This document shows positions 61,401 through 64,000 of a stretch of DNA of 64,000 bases, one piece after another. Every line of letters starts with the position of its first letter. Position 1 is the first letter of the stretch. Where the stretch lies: the NCBI GenBank assembly GCA_965178125.1, contig OZ237735.1, positions 2,232,001 through 2,296,000 on the forward strand. The letters are read 5' to 3'. The position numbers and the translations under genes were made by a program. A model generated the notes under the pieces. That model had not been told where the DNA came from, made no database searches, and was given only the letters and a program-made list of their open reading frames with translations. The DNA is from Bilabrum cf. latius (lineage: Eukaryota).

Positions 61401-64000
61401 CGGTGAGAGATCGACTCCAAACGCAGCTGAGGGTCTTAGAATTGAAGTCAGCCGTCCTCACGGCGACCCAGTCTCCCGGCTATCCAGCAGGAACGATGGC
61501 CGTGATGCGGCCGCCATCGCGACTGGCCTTCTCTACGGTGATACCTGAGACGGATTTGCGGGTGAACGGGCTCAATCCTAGCAAGTACTGTTGATGACGC
61601 ATAGCCCCAACGAGGTCGTCTGCTGACGATGGCAGCTCGAATTGGAGCGTCGAGTAGTCTGCCTGACTGTTTAACAACGATGCTCGCAATCTCAATTCCG
61701 CATCGGTAGTCGATAAATTCATCGGCACCGAGACATCAAATGCCTAAACCGGTGCGATAGACTGTATCGGCGCTGTCCACTCCGTGGCAGGAGCTACAAT
61801 GCCAGGGCTCAGTCCAAGGTCGTGCGTGTCCTGGACCGCTAAACCACTTGCCCCTTTGAATGCTTCAGATGCGCCGATTTTCCATTCTTGCGCATGGACA
61901 CTCGAAACATCTACTGTAACCAGCATCGAGCGAAGCTGGAGCTACCTTGTGTCCAGAATCTCGACCGGCAGCGGTACCGCATGACGATCGGGCCTTGACG
62001 TGCTGCGAGATGCGCTTCGTTCAAGTGCAGCATCCAACTCGCTGCTCATTGGCTGAAACTTGTGATTGGTATCACGTTCGTGACTCTTGCAAACCGCTGT
62101 TCGAAAGCATTGCTCGTCTACAGTCAAAACTCGTTGATTTCGAGCTCCAGGCAACAGCTCGAATGGGTGATTCGCTGTAGATCGCACTGGTCGCACTGGC
62201 TCGTTAACAGTCCGCGGCACTATGAACGAAAATAGTCGCAAGGGTAGAGACCTGGCACACTGATCAATGTCTCTTGTCAACAAGGACACAAGAACCGCGT
62301 AGCCACGAGCAAGCTGCATGGAATGTAGCTCTGAATCGGCACGACCCTCCTTCATGGCAGAGGCAAGGACGCTTGCCAACTTTGAAAAAACGCGCCTAAC
62401 TCCCGACACACCGGTGCGCTAACTATCAGCGAGTAGGTGCTTCTTGATTCCGACCCACACTCTATTCGCCCAGGAGGCAATCGACAGGGTCGTCGAGCCT
62501 CTCATGATTGCACCGCTCGTAGAGACGAGTGGGTCGCCTTCCTCCCAAACAGCTGGGTCAACATTTGCAGCACCATCTGGCCCAGCGGGCGTATTGCTCC
62601 AACCCTTCAAGATAGAGGAAGTCACAGCCACGTCGTCTTGCACAGCTGCAGTTGACAAAAGAAGCAACAGTGACTTGCAGTGCTCCATGGAGCTGGACGG
62701 CTCCGCAGCAATACGGCGCGCAAGGCTGACACACAATTCAAGGAAGTCGTCGTGGCGTCCGGTGCTTTTCCGCAGAAGGCTAGAGACGATACTGACCATG
62801 GAAGATAAAGCATCGCTATGCTGCTGTAGCGGATGCTTCGGAACCAGGAGCCTCTTAGCATATTTCCACAGCTCCTGCTGTCCATAGGCTTCAGTGTAAG
62901 CAAAGGCGCCTGCCCTCAAAGATAGTAGCGAAGCTATTGATGGGGTTGCAACTGGCATGGACTGCCAAACTGCGCATGGCAGCCCGCACGAGTAGACCAC
63001 GGAGGTTTTCTTTTCTTCTGAGCAATCGTAATCGCACGATGGGCACCGCCCGAAGGATTTTGCACTGGACATACCGCACTCCCTGCAGACGTACTTCGTG
63101 TTGGTCTAGACTGCACCGTCAAGACGAGCCATGCTCTCAACTTTAATGCCCTCTCTAGCAGCGATGTAAGCCATAAGTGGGTTCAACTCTTGCTAAACTT
63201 TTGAATTGGTTGGCGAAGCCAAAAGGATCTCGCAAGCATCGCCCAACGCTTGCAATTCCAGCGAGACGACATCGTTCGGTAGCCGCGACATCGTTGAAGC
63301 GGCCTTCTCCATGCTTTCATGGGCAGTGAGGCAGGCGTGAAATTGTTTTGCGCACCTGATTAGTTCGGTCATCTCAGCAACGACTGACACACCAGACACC
63401 GACTCAGGCGCACTGGGAAGGCTGTCGAGATACATGTGAGTGCTGTTCCTGCAAGCGCCCTAGCTCCTCGGTGAGCATCCTGAGGAAGCTGAAATGACCG
63501 GACCGAGGTCAAACCCTGGCGTAAGTCGATCGCGGTACAGCTCATCATCCGAAATATCGGCCCCGGTTCTGAACGCTGCACAAGACCCAATTGGTGCAAA
63601 GCCACTACCTGGACCACCAACCTAAGTGGTAATTGCGGTGATTTCTGGTGGAGACCACATGCCCTCACCTATGATAGGCTGCGCACTGACGAAAGGTATG
63701 GAGGATCTGGGTAATTTCTCTTCGGCTCCGCTGGTCGTCACGCTTCGCACCTGCTACATGGATCCCACTGCGTGTCTGGCGCGATAGGCACCGTGCTGGG
63801 AGAGCCAAGCATCGACTTTAGCCATGGCCCGTACTGCCGGAGATGCAAACTATTGCTGCGATTTGTCAGCTCGCGGGGTGACTGGCCCCAAGCGTTCCAG
63901 GGCATCAGCCGAAGGAGGCAATCCATCCGAGAAGCAGTCGCTGCATGCGGACGCAATGGCATCCTCTACCAAGACGAATGGCTCCACGTCTACTTTCGAA
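52495..64000 (-). CDS. HECT E3 ubiquitin ligase, TRIP12/Ufd4/UPL3-like (>3,835 aa, 5' end beyond the window)
   Basis: About 18 ORF fragments lie in one frame with at least 25 in-frame TAGs and end at TAA 52495. The family signature YLSNRLRLQLADGL...VPGWL...APSLLP...R...AFG is present. HECT motifs are FSGERGHGPGVNREAY, GLFPAPL, FRSLGRVVGRAMMD, RRAFLQFATGSPILPPGGLAALDPPLTV and LPSASTCSHLLKVPDYS...DLS-stop. Confidence 0.88.
52731..52770. repeat. Imperfect (GCTGCC)n microsatellite encoding a Gly-Ser linker in the HECT insertion
   Basis: agctgccgctgctgctgccgctgccgctgccgctgccgcc encodes GGSGSGSGSSSGS on the minus strand. Confidence 0.7.
55001..55060. repeat. Coding minisatellite: four perfect copies of the 15-bp unit GATGAGCTCGCTGCC (AASSS repeats in the HECT protein)
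   Basis: Read directly from the sequence. The unit length preserves the frame. Confidence 0.9.

Noticed and set aside
1-64000. Pseudogene cluster or RIP-like C>T decay as the source of the internal stops
   Set aside because: Decay would also create TAA (from CAA), TGA (from CGA) and frameshifts. Only TAG is seen, and catalytic motifs are intact.
1-64000. Ciliate-type code (UAA and UAG both Gln), or pyrrolysine/Leu/Tyr for UAG
   Set aside because: I found no in-frame TAA, and TAA terminates the HECT gene. Conserved TAG sites are Gln columns, and no pyl genes are present.
1-64000. Each TAG being the acceptor of a tiny in-frame intron
   Set aside because: The sequence upstream of the TAGs is motif-bearing coding sequence (e.g. 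FAWD, ETSEF, Cys repeats), and removing it would delete conserved residues.

Overview
Compact, GC-rich eukaryotic (protist-like) nuclear DNA that appears to use a non-standard genetic code. The supplied ORF track is fragmented because in-frame TAG codons are sense codons. With TAG read as Gln, most of the window resolves into 10 genes: the 5' end of a Piezo channel, an RNF25-like RWD-RING ligase, a ~2,500-aa LRR protein, a ~2,870-aa Gly-rich/Cys-repeat membrane protein, a secreted TSP1-repeat protein, a single-exon ~7,300-aa Cys-repeat type I membrane protein, CacyBP/SIP, spermidine synthase, a secreted hypothetical protein and a >3,800-aa TRIP12/Ufd4-like HECT ligase. TAG falls on family-conserved Gln positions (CS-domain W-D-Q, spermidine synthase S-x-[YF]-Q) and on Gln positions of internal repeats. 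The nine complete 3' ends use TGA (8) or TAA (1), never TAG. UAG and UAA therefore appear uncoupled (UAG=Gln, UAA/UGA=stop). I recognised no RNA genes, mobile elements or CRISPR arrays. All translations and family calls were made by eye and from memory, without database searches.
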